Part shown: positions 1 through 9,636 of the stretch, piece by piece | How the letters are laid out: the number at the start of each line of letters is the position of its first letter | Numbering within the stretch: position 1 is the first letter of the stretch | DNA from: a virus | Lineage: Duplodnaviria > Caudoviricetes | IMG/VR virus record: IMGVR_UViG_3300020120_000082 | Coordinates: 64,001-128,000 of that record | DNA length: 64,000 bases | Reading direction: 5' to 3' (one strand) | Position numbers and translations under genes: made by a program | Notes under the pieces: generated by a model | What the model saw: only the letters and a program-made list of their open reading frames with translations | Told to the model about the DNA's origin: nothing | Database searches by the model: none

Positions 1-27
1 CAGGTCTTTTCGCTGCCATAGAGTCTC

Positions 28-1335
28 CTAGAAATCAAAGCCGATATCGTCATACGCCTTCAAGCGCTTGATCTCTAATATTCGCCGCTTGATATCAATA
101 GGGGTTTCTTCGTGAACCGTATCCAGTCTTCCGAAGAAACGATCAAGTTGAACACGGAAGTAAGCATGCGGTGGATCCTTCTTCTTGGGATGGCGTTTCA
201 AAAAGATGAATTCATCCGCAGCCATTCCGACTCTGGCCGTTCCATAGAGAATAACGGGATCTCCTGTGTCCTTGCGCATCAACTTGGCGGACATATCGTT
301 GGAAATTTGACCAGCCGTTCCAAGCCAGATCCCCTCTTTGTGTGAAAACGTCAAGAGCCAGTCAGCAAAGTCTCCGATTTCATCTTGCGTATTCGTTCGC
401 TTCGATAGAAGATTTGGGATCTTCTTCAGATAGTCAAGAATTACAGCATTTGGCTTGTTCCACTTGACCAATCGCTTGAGCGCCTCGTCATTGCAATAGC
501 TGATTGGATAAACCTTGATGTATTCATCAAGATATTGGAGAGTTTTCTTATACCTAACCTTGCGTTCTTCTGGACTCTCGCGATCAGTCCCAATGAATAC
601 CCCTGGAACAACCTCCTTCATAAAGTCAATTCCTGAGAGCGCGGATGCTAATTGCGCCGACACAATTGCCGGGTCATTTTCGGTGGTTACAAATGTAACC
701 TTGAATTTTTGCAAAGCAAGATCAATCGCCTGACTTTGCAATGTCATTGATTTTCCGTGCTTGGTGATGCCAGCTAGAATTACGAAATATGCATATCGAT
801 AACCACCTCTCAGGATGTCGTCCATGCCGGTAATAAGAGATTTGGCGAACAGAGTCGGCAGTTGTCCTTCGGCCAGAACAGATGGGCGCGGATCATAGCT
901 GTCGCCATCTCTGACCAGGGAGCCGATCTTGGATGCCTGCGTCACCAGCCATTGACGGGCATTGCGCGGATCCATTTGGGACAGGCGCTTCATCTCGTCA
1001 GCAATCATCTCGGCCTGGTGATTGATATAGATCTGATAGCTGTGGTCGATGGCGTCTTTCAGGTCAGCCTGGCCAAAGCCATTGTTGCAGATGTAGATCA
1101 TCTCCGGCAGCAATCCGGGAACGGATAGCTTGGCCCTGGAGATAATCGAGACGGCATTGATTTGCTTGCCATCGCGTGCCAGGGAGATGGTGGCATCCAG
1201 CAGGTTCCGACTCAGGTCGGTTTCCATCCATTCTTTCTTGTAGATTGATTTGTCAATTGCCTCGGCCTGCCCATGAATAGCCAGGCCCAACATTGTCCGA
1301 TCCGATTCCGGTATGAGTTTAGGGGTGAATGTCAT
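28..1335 (-). CDS. Replicative DNA helicase, DnaB/SF4-like
   Basis: 435 aa. Walker A-like AGITKHGKS, then FVTTEN, Walker B VILDYL and C-terminal AGQIS/ADEFIFLKR motifs of the DnaB/RecA-fold helicase family. N-terminal domain has DnaB-like size. Confidence 0.85.
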   Translation of the reverse strand: MTFTPKLIPESDRTMLGLAIHGQAEAIDKSIYKKEWMETDLSRNLLDATISLARDGKQINAVSIISRAKLSVPGLLPEMIYICNNGFGQADLKDAIDHSYQIYINHQAEMIADEMKRLSQMDPRNARQWLVTQASKIGSLVRDGDSYDPRPSVLAEGQLPTLFAKSLITGMDDILRGGYRYAYFVILAGITKHGKSMTLQSQAIDLALQKFKVTFVTTENDPAIVSAQLASALSGIDFMKEVVPGVFIGTDRESPEERKVRYKKTLQYLDEYIKVYPISYCNDEALKRLVKWNKPNAVILDYLKKIPNLLSKRTNTQDEIGDFADWLLTFSHKEGIWLGTAGQISNDMSAKLMRKDTGDPVILYGTARVGMAADEFIFLKRHPKKKDPPHAYFRVQLDRFFGRLDTVHEETPIDIKRRILEIKRLKAYDDIGFDF

Positions 1336-1381
1336 GTCTTTCCAAGAGCGCCATTTGCCTAAAATCTCCTATGGCGCATTT

Positions 1382-1657
1382 CTAGTTTTTCCAGGTTGGT
1401 TTCCAGGGTTGCATACTGCCCGACTCGTCCCCCACCAGCATGTATCTCAGGTAGGCTTCCACGGCTTCACGCCGGTTATCAAATTTAGATCGCTCAGCTT
1501 TCTGTAGATCCAGAAACGGACTGCCCTTGATATAGTTCTGGAAACGGCTGGGCAGTTGCATCCTTTCGACGTCGAGGTCGTCTAGCTTTTTGCCCGCCAG
1601 CAGGTAGCATGTCTGCCGGTTGCACAGACAACTCGGGATCAGCTTCAAGTTCGTCAT
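1382..1657 (-). CDS. Hypothetical protein, possible helicase-loader-like fragment
   Basis: 91 aa with CxC...C and a LPSRF motif, directly upstream of the helicase. Overlaps the tail of the upstream ORF by 164 nt. Confidence 0.45.
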   Translation of the reverse strand: MTNLKLIPSCLCNRQTCYLLAGKKLDDLDVERMQLPSRFQNYIKGSPFLDLQKAERSKFDNRREAVEAYLRYMLVGDESGSMQPWKPTWKN

Positions 1658-2354
1658 AGTGCTTATTTTTCCGCTCTAACCATTGTTGATACTCGCTTTC
1701 GTAGAAGACTGGTGGTTCATTAGCACAGTATTCCTTCCACTGTGAAATCATAGGTGGTTCGCCCACCGACTCGATGGTTGAAATGTAGTGAATTTCAAAA
1801 CCATCTCCGATAACGCCATCCCGGATAGCTTCCAGGCATCCAGCAATCTCATCAGCGGTGTAACGCTGTAACAATTGGCTGGCGTGTTTCTTGACCGCCC
1901 CCCGATCGTCATCTGGAGATTTCCAATCACGCTTGAATATCTCACGCACCACCCATTTGGCCAGCTTCTCGGTTTGGCTTGCTTTACGAGCCACGTCTAG
2001 ACCCTTCCAATATTGGGATTCCAGGATCTCGATTTGATACACCGGGTAGGGCGACCAGTTGCCAACGGGATCATAAGCGCCCTGGTCAATATCCCGGCAG
2101 ATACGAATCCAGGCGTCGAACTCGGATGACTTGCCAACGCCGACGAACTTGGCTTCCGGGAATGATGCCAGGTAGGCGATGTCTTCCATGGACGCATTGT
2201 GAATCCACTCCTGGTTGTAGGCATGGCAACAGTCGCAGAAGAAACCGATCTTGATGTCCCAGATGCGCCAGCCCAGGTAGCGGTATTCCACAATCGACCA
2301 CTCAGCCAGCCGCTTCCGGGATTCCAGATCTGGAATTTCTTTCTCATCAGGCAT
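1494..2354 (-). CDS. Hypothetical protein, possible replication initiator
   Basis: Start reassigned to ATG 2354 (MPDEKE), overlapping the upstream stop. CDCCH motif. Lies in the replication module. Confidence 0.65.
   Translation of the reverse strand: MPDEKEIPDLESRKRLAEWSIVEYRYLGWRIWDIKIGFFCDCCHAYNQEWIHNASMEDIAYLASFPEAKFVGVGKSSEFDAWIRICRDIDQGAYDPVGNWSPYPVYQIEILESQYWKGLDVARKASQTEKLAKWVVREIFKRDWKSPDDDRGAVKKHASQLLQRYTADEIAGCLEAIRDGVIGDGFEIHYISTIESVGEPPMISQWKEYCANEPPVFYESEYQQWLERKNKHYDELEADPELSVQPADMLPAGGQKARRPRRRKDATAQPFPELYQGQSVSGSTES
2321..2336. repeat. 16-bp palindrome ATTCCAGATCTGGAAT, copy 1
   Basis: Exact copy, near the 5' end of a CDS, 10 nt from the upstream stop. Confidence 0.9.
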
Positions 2355-3057
2355 GTTCCAATTCAAGCTGTTGATCTTCTTCGGCCCGATGCACCCGGAC
2401 CAGGGTGACGTTCTGGCTGGCCAGTTGCTCCAGATACTCTTCCGGCTCTTCACCGCCGACCACATATTCAATGCGCTGCGGCAGGAACACGCAGATGATG
2501 GCCGGGATGTCTTTGGCTACCATGCGCCCAGTCGTCAACGCATGCCCCTGGATCATCGGCAAGCCTTTCTGGGGAGCGTCTTCGTCAATCTCCGGCACCG
2601 GAACTTCAATCGAATCTTCCGGGACCAGTTCGGTGAAAACCTTGGGATGCCCCAGCAGAACAACGCTCTCCCCAACTTTGAAATGCCGGGGCAGCGGGAA
2701 TGCAATGCGCTTGGAAATACCCAATTCGATGGCTTCACGGCGGAAGTCATCCCGAGACTTGTAATGCTTGGCCCCTACCCCAATCAGATAGCCTTCCCCG
2801 GTGCGATTGATCAGGCAGGCACGGCAGGCTTCCCGTGGATCCTTGCAATTGGCATGCGCGAATAGATTCTTGACATTGACTTTCTGCAACCCGCGAGTCA
2901 GCTTGACTTGAAGACCGCAGCACTCGCAGGGCTCCAATCTCAGCGGCAACATCCCACATTCCGTCATCCGGGCCGGATCAGTCCGGAGATAGAATCCGGT
3001 ATGACGCCATCCGCAACCTCGTTTGTGATCAGTTACATCTTGAATCTGAACAGTCAT
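2347..3057 (-). CDS. Cys-rich phage hypothetical protein
   Basis: 236 aa, RGCGWR...CECCG...CxxC...GISKRI. Tight gene packing. Confidence 0.75.
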   Translation of the reverse strand: MTVQIQDVTDHKRGCGWRHTGFYLRTDPARMTECGMLPLRLEPCECCGLQVKLTRGLQKVNVKNLFAHANCKDPREACRACLINRTGEGYLIGVGAKHYKSRDDFRREAIELGISKRIAFPLPRHFKVGESVVLLGHPKVFTELVPEDSIEVPVPEIDEDAPQKGLPMIQGHALTTGRMVAKDIPAIICVFLPQRIEYVVGGEEPEEYLEQLASQNVTLVRVHRAEEDQQLELEHA

Positions 3058-3422
3058 TGATCAATCTCCTGTGTGAGCTTGTTGATGAATTCGATATAAG
3101 ACGACATCTCGGACTCGCGCTTTTTCAACTTGTCTTCGTAGATTTTCTTTAACGCAACGAAAGCCATCTTCTTGTTTGGAAATATCTGGTTTGGATCGGA
3201 ATAGCTATTGACAGTAGTTGTGCCATCCTTCATCTCGAATAACAGCCTGATCACATTGTTGCTAAATTCCCGGACAACACCCTGAACAACCACATATTCA
3301 GTGCTGTGCTCTCCAGAGTATTCGCCTCTAATAATGACCTCAAAAAAGCTTTCGCTCTGCGCAATGACGTAAACCCGATCTCCAATCGATACGGGTTTAT
3401 CATCTGCGATCAAGACTTTCAT
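3054..3422 (-). CDS. Hypothetical protein
   Basis: ATGA overlaps at both ends. Confidence 0.7.
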   Translation of the reverse strand: MKVLIADDKPVSIGDRVYVIAQSESFFEVIIRGEYSGEHSTEYVVVQGVVREFSNNVIRLLFEMKDGTTTVNSYSDPNQIFPNKKMAFVALKKIYEDKLKKRESEMSSYIEFINKLTQEIDQ

Positions 3423-3907
3423 GCAGACTTCTCCATTGATCTCCAATACGAAACCCAGGCTTCTTGCTCAGCAAGCTCATCACACAGAACGTTGTATTCC
3501 TGAAAGGCCGAACGATTATTTTCTTTTGAATGCCCACGGATCCAGTTACCATGGATTTGGTGGATCTTTCTAAAATTGTCGATCTCGGTCCACATATCCA
3601 CATGCGCAACTTTCTTCCACTTGCGAGCAATCCACTTGTCTAACCATTCATTGACGCCTTTGACGACATACTGAGCGTCACAATAAAACTCAACCCGGCA
3701 GGGAATAGTCAGTTCCCGCAAACCACCAATCAGGCCCATCAGTTCCATGGTGCTGTTGGTCTCTGGATAGGAATGCCCACTACAGGTCTTCTCCAGAGAT
3801 CCATAGCGCAGAATGGCGCACCAGCCGCCATGATTGGCCCTGGTGCCGTACAAAGAACAAGAACCATCGCAAAATAGCTGTACCAACGGTAATTCCTGCC
3901 GCGTCAT
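3419..3907 (-). CDS. rnhA: Ribonuclease HI
   Basis: Motifs FCDGSC, GGWCAIL, TNSTMEL, YCDAQYV, WIRGH and NVLCDELA match the RNase HI catalytic D/E/D/D pattern. Confidence 0.93.
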   Translation of the reverse strand: MTRQELPLVQLFCDGSCSLYGTRANHGGWCAILRYGSLEKTCSGHSYPETNSTMELMGLIGGLRELTIPCRVEFYCDAQYVVKGVNEWLDKWIARKWKKVAHVDMWTEIDNFRKIHQIHGNWIRGHSKENNRSAFQEYNVLCDELAEQEAWVSYWRSMEKSA

Positions 3908-4143
3908 TCGTCGTCAAACGGCAGTTCGTTGGCGAACTGGACTAAATTGGGACGCTTGATCACCTTGAAATTGGTCTTATCCGTCAGTCCAATCTCCTGA
4001 CATCGAATACAACCTTTTTCGTGACGCCGGATGCTGGCCGGTGTCCAGCCGGTGCCATAACTGTTGCTGCGCTTGCCGCAGATGGGATACACCGGTTGCT
4101 TACTGGGCTTCCTGCGACTCCGAGAGCGCTTGTACGTTGTCAT
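3904..4143 (-). CDS. Small basic Zn-binding hypothetical protein
   Basis: PICG...HEKGCIRC. Tight packing. Confidence 0.55.
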   Translation of the reverse strand: MTTYKRSRSRRKPSKQPVYPICGKRSNSYGTGWTPASIRRHEKGCIRCQEIGLTDKTNFKVIKRPNLVQFANELPFDDE

Positions 4144-4330
4144 CGGATACCTCCTGGGACGGTTCGAATATCAAATAGATCGCCCCACTTTGTTGGCTGC
4201 TGACTGCGCCAATACCCCACCAGCCGCGGGACTTGAAGTCATCCACGACATTTCGGATGACATCGTTGATGTTGAGCGATTCATGATCATTGTGTATTTG
4301 CACCACTTCGAAATCAGGTAAATCTTTCAT
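4100..4330 (-). CDS. Hypothetical protein
   Basis: ATGA-coupled start. Confidence 0.55.
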   Translation of the reverse strand: MKDLPDFEVVQIHNDHESLNINDVIRNVVDDFKSRGWWGIGAVSSQQSGAIYLIFEPSQEVSDDNVQALSESQEAQ

Positions 4331-4599
4331 CGCATCGATCTCTCAAACGGGTTCTTTCCAAGAAAGCACTTGCCCAGCTTACCGATATAGTTCAATTGGG
4401 TATTAGCCAGCAGGAAAGCATTTCTGGGATCGCCATCCACCGGGCCAATGGCCATCAGGCTGTTCAAATCCACCAGGCTTGGGCTGGGCAGGTAGCTGTA
4501 GATCCGGCCCGCAAAAGCACCGCTAGGAAGTTTCATCACATCGATTCCGTAAACGTGGCCCTTGTGAGCCGAGTAGTGCTTATTTGGGGTTTTGCTCAT
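4327..4599 (-). CDS. Hypothetical protein
   Basis: Start at ATG 4599 (MSKTPNK) after AGGAGA. Confidence 0.6.
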   Translation of the reverse strand: MSKTPNKHYSAHKGHVYGIDVMKLPSGAFAGRIYSYLPSPSLVDLNSLMAIGPVDGDPRNAFLLANTQLNYIGKLGKCFLGKNPFERSMR

Positions 4600-4846
4600 G
4601 GATCTCCTGTATGCCCAGCTTGTCCATAGTGCGCTGCACATGGTCTTCGCGGTACATGACTCGCCAGCCCGTAAATCCAGACCGGGCTTGCGACCAGCCA
4701 TACTCGTAGGCATACGCGTGGATCTGGGCGCTGGTAAGCCCATAGCGCCGGGCAATTTCCGGCCCATTGATGCGCTTGTACTTCCCGCTCTTGGTTTCTG
4801 CGGGTGCGATACCTTCGTTGTTGTCTTCCGGCTCTTCCAAGATCAT
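4580..4846 (-). CDS. MerR/excisionase-type HTH DNA-binding protein
   Basis: GPEIARRYGLTSAQI helix-turn-helix and RVMYREDHV wing. Confidence 0.6.
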   Translation of the reverse strand: MILEEPEDNNEGIAPAETKSGKYKRINGPEIARRYGLTSAQIHAYAYEYGWSQARSGFTGWRVMYREDHVQRTMDKLGIQEIHEQNPK

Positions 4847-5043
4847 TTTCTTGCTCCTAGAAACCTATGTTTGAGTTCGCCAATTTCCATGTCTGCCATC
4901 CAGCGGTCAAAGTCTGTCGGGAAATCCTGATCCAGGTAGACCGCTATGAAACATTGCAACAAGTCTGCGTTTCCCATCTGCCGTAAATCTTTTTGGTATT
5001 CCTGCTTGCGCTCTTTGGATTGATCGTATTGTCCGTGCTGCAT
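4843..5043 (-). CDS. Hypothetical protein
   Basis: Tight packing after the helicase. Confidence 0.6.
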   Translation of the reverse strand: MQHGQYDQSKERKQEYQKDLRQMGNADLLQCFIAVYLDQDFPTDFDRWMADMEIGELKHRFLGARK

Positions 5044-5045
5044 GC

Positions 5046-6923
5046 CTAGTCCTTGACGAAGTAGAGTGCGTTGCGCGATCTCGTATATGCGACATAAATT
5101 ATGTTGCGCTCTTGTTGGACTTCCCAGGGCTGCTTGGCTTTAGCGAAGGGCATTAGATCTGGGCGCAAAATCCAAACTGTATTTGATTCCAGGCCCTTGG
5201 CCCGGTGGACACTCGACAATACAATTTCTCCGTTCTCGTCGCTGAAGATCGAGTCGATCCGTGGAACGATTTGATCGGGCTGATCGCATTCCTGAGCGAC
5301 TGCTTCCAGGGTGTCGATCTTGTCCTGCAAGGCCTGGATTTGAGTCTCGCTGGCGCGTCGGTTTTCCATGCGCGTCATTTCGCGGTTGGAGTAATCTCCC
5401 AGGCGGAAGAAGAACGACTCCATGTCCACGCAACCTGCTGACAGGTTCGCCGCCAGATCGGACAGGTTCTTGCCAATATCCTTGCCACGAATAACCGCCT
5501 TGATGCCCTTGCGGATCAAGCCAAAAGCGACCGGCACCAATGGTGCATTGGTGCGGCAGATCACCATGTCGCCACGCGTAATCAGCCCCTGCATCTTGGA
5601 GATGGTAGTGTCTTCGATGATGCCTTCGGGCGCATTCTCCCTGGCCTCGATCTGGGGGACGATTTCTTTGGCCAGCTTGACATGGCTGGTTGGACAGCGA
5701 TAGGTGATGCTCAGGGGGAGCGTCTGAGCATTGAGCGTGGCTACCAATTTTTGCATGGAGTCAACGCCTGCGCCACGAAAGCCATACAGTGACTGGAACG
5801 TGTCGCCCACTGCCACAATGCGTCCATTGGGTTTGACCGAACGCAGCACAAACTCAGCCTGGTTGTCGCTCAGATCCTGGCTTTCGTCGACGAATAGATA
5901 GTCGAACTGCTTCATGGGCAGTCCCAGGACTATCGGCAACCATTGCATATCGTCGTAATCGATCAGATTGGTGTGATCTTTGGCCGAATCCAAAACTCGC
6001 GGCAGGATCTGCAAGAAATAGTCTTGGTTTTCTTCCAGGTCCAGCCCATAGTGAGCAATCAAGGCCAGCACCTGGCTACGATTGTTGGCATCCGTCAGGG
6101 TGGCCTTGGATAGAGCCGCAAGATTCTTGAATGTGCGGCGGCGGTTATAGAGCTTGGCCCGCTCTTCTTTGGGGAGACGACGCGTCTCTTCAGTGACACA
6201 CAGATCAGAATATGGGCCGAACAGGAATTCCCAACGCCGATCTTCGTCGACGTCAACCTTTCCCAGGGCATCCCGAAGATCTTTGTAACCCAGTGAATGT
6301 AGGGTAGCGCTGTAGCACCACTTGGGCAGGCGCGTCTTCAACTCCGCCGCGATGTGCTTGTTGAAAGCAAAGAAACCGACGTCCAGGCCCTCCATCAGAT
6401 AATCAAACGACTTGAGCCGGACGGGATCACTGGCTTCAAAGATGGCCCGTGCCTCTTTCTCTCCGATCTCTTTCTTGTGAAATGCTACAGACAGCGGAAG
6501 ATACCGAACTGCCTGAACGCTGGTGGATGTTTTCCCGCTGCCCGCACAGGCCTCAACAACCGCATGCCCATCACCAAAAACGATCCACTCGAAGATTGCC
6601 TGTTGATATTTGCTGGGCGTGAACGGCTTGATTTCCTGGACAGGCTCCGGTTCTTTTTGCGCTATGGGAGCGTGCTGAATAGCGACTTCGCTGTCCATGA
6701 CAATGGTGCCGCCCTGGAGAGCAGTCGACTTGCTATTCTTTACTGCTCCAGCGTAAACCGTATGGGTATCTTGATCGTTCGGACATCGGCTATGTCCCCA
6801 TTTGCCGTTATCAAACTTAGTTACCTGCGTTCCGACTGGATATGACTGGCCACACTTAGAACACCGGCCTGGCCACTTACTTGATACTGAAAAAGCCATA
6901 GAGTCCTTTCTAATTTCGATCAC
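5046..6923 (-). CDS. UvrD/Rep-family (SF1) DNA helicase with N-terminal Zn-finger
   Basis: ACAGSGKT, FVDESQD, VGDTFQSLYGFRGA, TYRCP, CRTNA, SVHRAKGLE, YVAYTR. N-terminal CxxC...HxxC. Confidence 0.93.
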   Translation of the reverse strand: MIEIRKDSMAFSVSSKWPGRCSKCGQSYPVGTQVTKFDNGKWGHSRCPNDQDTHTVYAGAVKNSKSTALQGGTIVMDSEVAIQHAPIAQKEPEPVQEIKPFTPSKYQQAIFEWIVFGDGHAVVEACAGSGKTSTSVQAVRYLPLSVAFHKKEIGEKEARAIFEASDPVRLKSFDYLMEGLDVGFFAFNKHIAAELKTRLPKWCYSATLHSLGYKDLRDALGKVDVDEDRRWEFLFGPYSDLCVTEETRRLPKEERAKLYNRRRTFKNLAALSKATLTDANNRSQVLALIAHYGLDLEENQDYFLQILPRVLDSAKDHTNLIDYDDMQWLPIVLGLPMKQFDYLFVDESQDLSDNQAEFVLRSVKPNGRIVAVGDTFQSLYGFRGAGVDSMQKLVATLNAQTLPLSITYRCPTSHVKLAKEIVPQIEARENAPEGIIEDTTISKMQGLITRGDMVICRTNAPLVPVAFGLIRKGIKAVIRGKDIGKNLSDLAANLSAGCVDMESFFFRLGDYSNREMTRMENRRASETQIQALQDKIDTLEAVAQECDQPDQIVPRIDSIFSDENGEIVLSSVHRAKGLESNTVWILRPDLMPFAKAKQPWEVQQERNIIYVAYTRSRNALYFVKD

Positions 6924-7194
6924 AGGGAATATGAATCCACGGTCCCCTGTTTTACGAAATATTCGATTGCCTTACCAACGTGCTGGTCACCTAATTGCGT
7001 GGTTCACTGCCAAGCGGGGAATAGAAAAGAGTCCCATTCGGCGCTGGCTGGTTGGGTTCGTTGCACGCAACGAGGTGGGGTGATTAAGTCCACCGACCAA
7101 GCCAGTCCCGAATAGGACTCTTTGGTTAGTGCGTGCATTTTACCCGATAAAGCTCGCCAAGAAAACAAGGGTAATCAGCCCTACTCGGCAATCC

Positions 7195-7223
7195 TATTCT
7201 ATAGAATCTCTCCGCTTCGTCAA
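7195..7223 (-). promoter_or_regulatory. Sigma70-like promoter upstream of the helicase leader
   Basis: Minus strand TTGACG-16nt-TAGAAT in an AT-rich intergenic context. Confidence 0.5.
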
Positions 7224-7477
7224 TAGAAAAAATGTTTGTCGGTGTTTGTCCTACAGGCTGTCATCATAAATCTCATTGGTATAGACGTCAATCACCATAT
7301 CTTGACAAATTTGATACCGAAGGCCACAGGTAGCCTATCAAGATGCTGGCGATGCAGATCGTCAGGCCAGCCACAAAAACAATCCAGGCCAGGCCGACAT
7401 AATCGATCTCATTCTTCAGGATTGGAAAGCCGGGGACGTGTCCGTTGGGTTTAATCTTGGTTAGCATATGCGCTCCG

Positions 7478-7493
7478 ATTCCAGATCTGGAAT
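7478..7493. repeat. 16-bp palindrome, copy 2
   Basis: Exact copy between a TAG stop and a GGAG RBS. Confidence 0.9.
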
Positions 7494-7494
7494 T

Positions 7495-7926
7495 CTATGG
7501 CAGCTTACAGATATAGCTGGCCGGGAAATAGTACTCCAACAGTTCTTGCACAATGTCCCAATCGCCACCACCCAGTCCGCAGCCGATTTTGTATGGGAAG
7601 AAAGTGTCTAAGCCATTAAATTCTCGGCCATCCAAAGTCTGTCTAAGCTGGAACAGGGCGCTTGAAAGAGCCCCGTAATTTGTCTGGCGACTCATATTCC
7701 CATATCCCAATTGGCCAACCAGAAATGCCAGGACCGGCCCACTGGCTTGTTGAAAGATCATGCAGCTTCCAAACGCTGGCCTTGCTTGCCGATAAGCGTA
7801 GATCGCACCGGGATATTGTTTGAAAGTCAGTTTGGCAAGACCAGCCCCGGCAATACCCAGAGAGTTCATTTGTTGAGCGATTACACCACGTTTAACGAGC
7901 AGAATGTCCTGGGTAATGTAATTCAT
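7495..7926 (-). CDS. Macro-domain (ADP-ribose binding/hydrolase, Appr-1-p-like) protein
   Basis: IAQQMNSLGIAGAGLA and FPYKIGCGLGGGDW signature. Start at MNYITQDI. Confidence 0.85.
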   Translation of the reverse strand: MNYITQDILLVKRGVIAQQMNSLGIAGAGLAKLTFKQYPGAIYAYRQARPAFGSCMIFQQASGPVLAFLVGQLGYGNMSRQTNYGALSSALFQLRQTLDGREFNGLDTFFPYKIGCGLGGGDWDIVQELLEYYFPASYICKLP

Positions 7927-8333
7927 TCCAGCAAGCTTTCGTCGAATTCGGCAATCGTAATCTTGGCTGGCGCTATTTGAACCTTCCCGCCCAGGTAGTA
8001 TTCTTTCCAAATGTCATGGTTCTCTTCCCCTTCCCCAGAAAGAATGAATAGAAAGCCTGGATACTTTTCGCTGATGGCTTGCATATCTTCCCGGTGTTCG
8101 TACCACTTGCATTGATCAAGATTGCCGTCGACCAATTCGGACAGATCGTAATCGTTTCCGAAGTAACTCAGATGCTCCGCCATGATATCATCCAGGATTG
8201 GTAGCTGCTCGATCTTTTTCCCGCAGGCCGAGCAGAACTTACCATCGCCAGGAACATTGTGCAGACAGCTTGGCCGAGTTTCTGGACCAGAATGATGCTT
8301 GATTTCCAGTAAGTAGTTTGTGTAATAGCCCAT
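7923..8333 (-). CDS. Phage hypothetical protein with zinc-ribbon insert
   Basis: MGYYT...FCSACG...KWYEHREDM...SGEGEE pattern. Confidence 0.75.
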   Translation of the reverse strand: MGYYTNYLLEIKHHSGPETRPSCLHNVPGDGKFCSACGKKIEQLPILDDIMAEHLSYFGNDYDLSELVDGNLDQCKWYEHREDMQAISEKYPGFLFILSGEGEENHDIWKEYYLGGKVQIAPAKITIAEFDESLLE

Positions 8334-8500
8334 TTTATTTTCCCTGTTGACAGATTAAATTTGAGTGCGCTATTATGAAAGCGCACCCTCCTTTCGCCCC
8401 CGGAGATGGTTTTTCTGGAGAGAAATCATCTCCGGGCCGTTCTTATAATCATGATCGATGCATCCCCTTCGGCCACTCGCCCCAACCAGGGAATTCTAGA

Positions 8501-8908
8501 TTAACCTGGCTGGGACGTTTGGTTTTTATCCCCTGTCCAGACGTAAACTCCCCGACTCTTTTTGAGCATCTTTGCGTCAATCAGACGATGGAATGCCAAC
8601 CCCCATGGCACCTGGAATTGAACAGCAATCACGGATACGCGAAGTAAAATCTCCGGCAGAACAATCGCAGCGTACTTCTCCTGCCATTCTAAGCCTGCAC
8701 CATGCACCCTGTTCTTCTTCTCCAAGGCATAGCCCTTCTCGAATTCATACCAGTCCGTGTAATTCATATAGCAGGCGATTTCATAAGCGTCATTGGCGAT
8801 TGGCTTCCACTTGACCGTGTGCGCCACCAGCTTGGCCAGACTATCGCATTGATTTAGTTCCGAGATGTATTCCTTGTCGCACTCGGATAGATAAGTGACA
8901 GCTTTCAC
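8501..8908 (-). CDS. Hypothetical protein
   Basis: 135 aa, GTGA-coupled. Confidence 0.7.
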   Translation of the reverse strand: MKAVTYLSECDKEYISELNQCDSLAKLVAHTVKWKPIANDAYEIACYMNYTDWYEFEKGYALEKKNRVHGAGLEWQEKYAAIVLPEILLRVSVIAVQFQVPWGLAFHRLIDAKMLKKSRGVYVWTGDKNQTSQPG

Positions 8909-9159
8909 TCGAAGAACCCCATAGTCAGGCGGAATGCCAGATCGTCATACAGATCTACCAATAGCTGGCGTTCGCTTTTCGTAAGCTTCCTAAATGTTAT
9001 CCCCTTCTTTGCCTTCTCGTCATTGATCGCTTGCTCAACTAGCGGCACATACTCCAGGATGTCATAGAGAATTCTGGCAGTTTCAACAGGGACGTTCATA
9101 GTAAGAGATTGCTTCTTTTTTATGGACATCGTGTGTATTTTCCTGTTTGTATCTTTCAA
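8905..9159 (-). CDS. Hypothetical protein
   Basis: 84 aa, overlapped by the HNH gene tail. Confidence 0.55.
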   Translation of the reverse strand: MKDTNRKIHTMSIKKKQSLTMNVPVETARILYDILEYVPLVEQAINDEKAKKGITFRKLTKSERQLLVDLYDDLAFRLTMGFFE

Positions 9160-9589
9160 TATATTCTAATCTCCAGGATCCTTGTTCTTTGAATGTTTTT
9201 AGTCTATGGCACTTAACGCATCGTATCTCACATTTTTCCATTTCCTTAATGAACCTATCAATCGGACACCCATGTTGTATTGCTCTAGATATATTGAATT
9301 TCTTATCTTTGATGTGGTCAAAATCCAGAAAGACTATGTCACTTTCTCCACAATCTAAACATGGATGAGAAACAAGGTGGTTGAATGCTATTTCCCTTAG
9401 CCTTTTAACTAGATTGGCGTGCGAGGTTGCTACATTCGATCTGTAATCTGGGTGATCTTCATAAAACTTTTTTGACCTGGCTTGCATACATTTACAGCAA
9501 TTAGATTGATGCCCGTCGGATCTATTTTTGTCCTTGTAAAATTTAGATATATCTTTTGTTTCTCCGCAGTGACCACATCTCTTTTTCAT
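9083..9589 (-). CDS. HNH homing endonuclease
   Basis: N-terminal CxxC...CxxC, then CLDCGE..LDFDH...CEIRCVKCH. AT-richer than its neighbours. Confidence 0.85.
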   Translation of the reverse strand: MKKRCGHCGETKDISKFYKDKNRSDGHQSNCCKCMQARSKKFYEDHPDYRSNVATSHANLVKRLREIAFNHLVSHPCLDCGESDIVFLDFDHIKDKKFNISRAIQHGCPIDRFIKEMEKCEIRCVKCHRLKTFKEQGSWRLEYIERYKQENTHDVHKKEAISYYERPC

Positions 9590-9600
9590 GGGCACCCCTT

Positions 9601-9636
9601 AAAAATGCAGGGAGGCACTACCCTGTGCCTCCCTGC
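9601..9636 (-). terminator. Rho-independent terminator
   Basis: 12-bp stem GCAGGGAGGCAC/GTGCCTCCCTGC followed by ATTTTT on the minus strand. Confidence 0.8.

Noticed and set aside
8340-8500. tRNA-like sequence GGGCGAGTGGCCGAAGG and hairpin CCGGAGATG/CATCTCCGG
   Set aside because: No T-arm or acceptor complement could be built; only a single hairpin.
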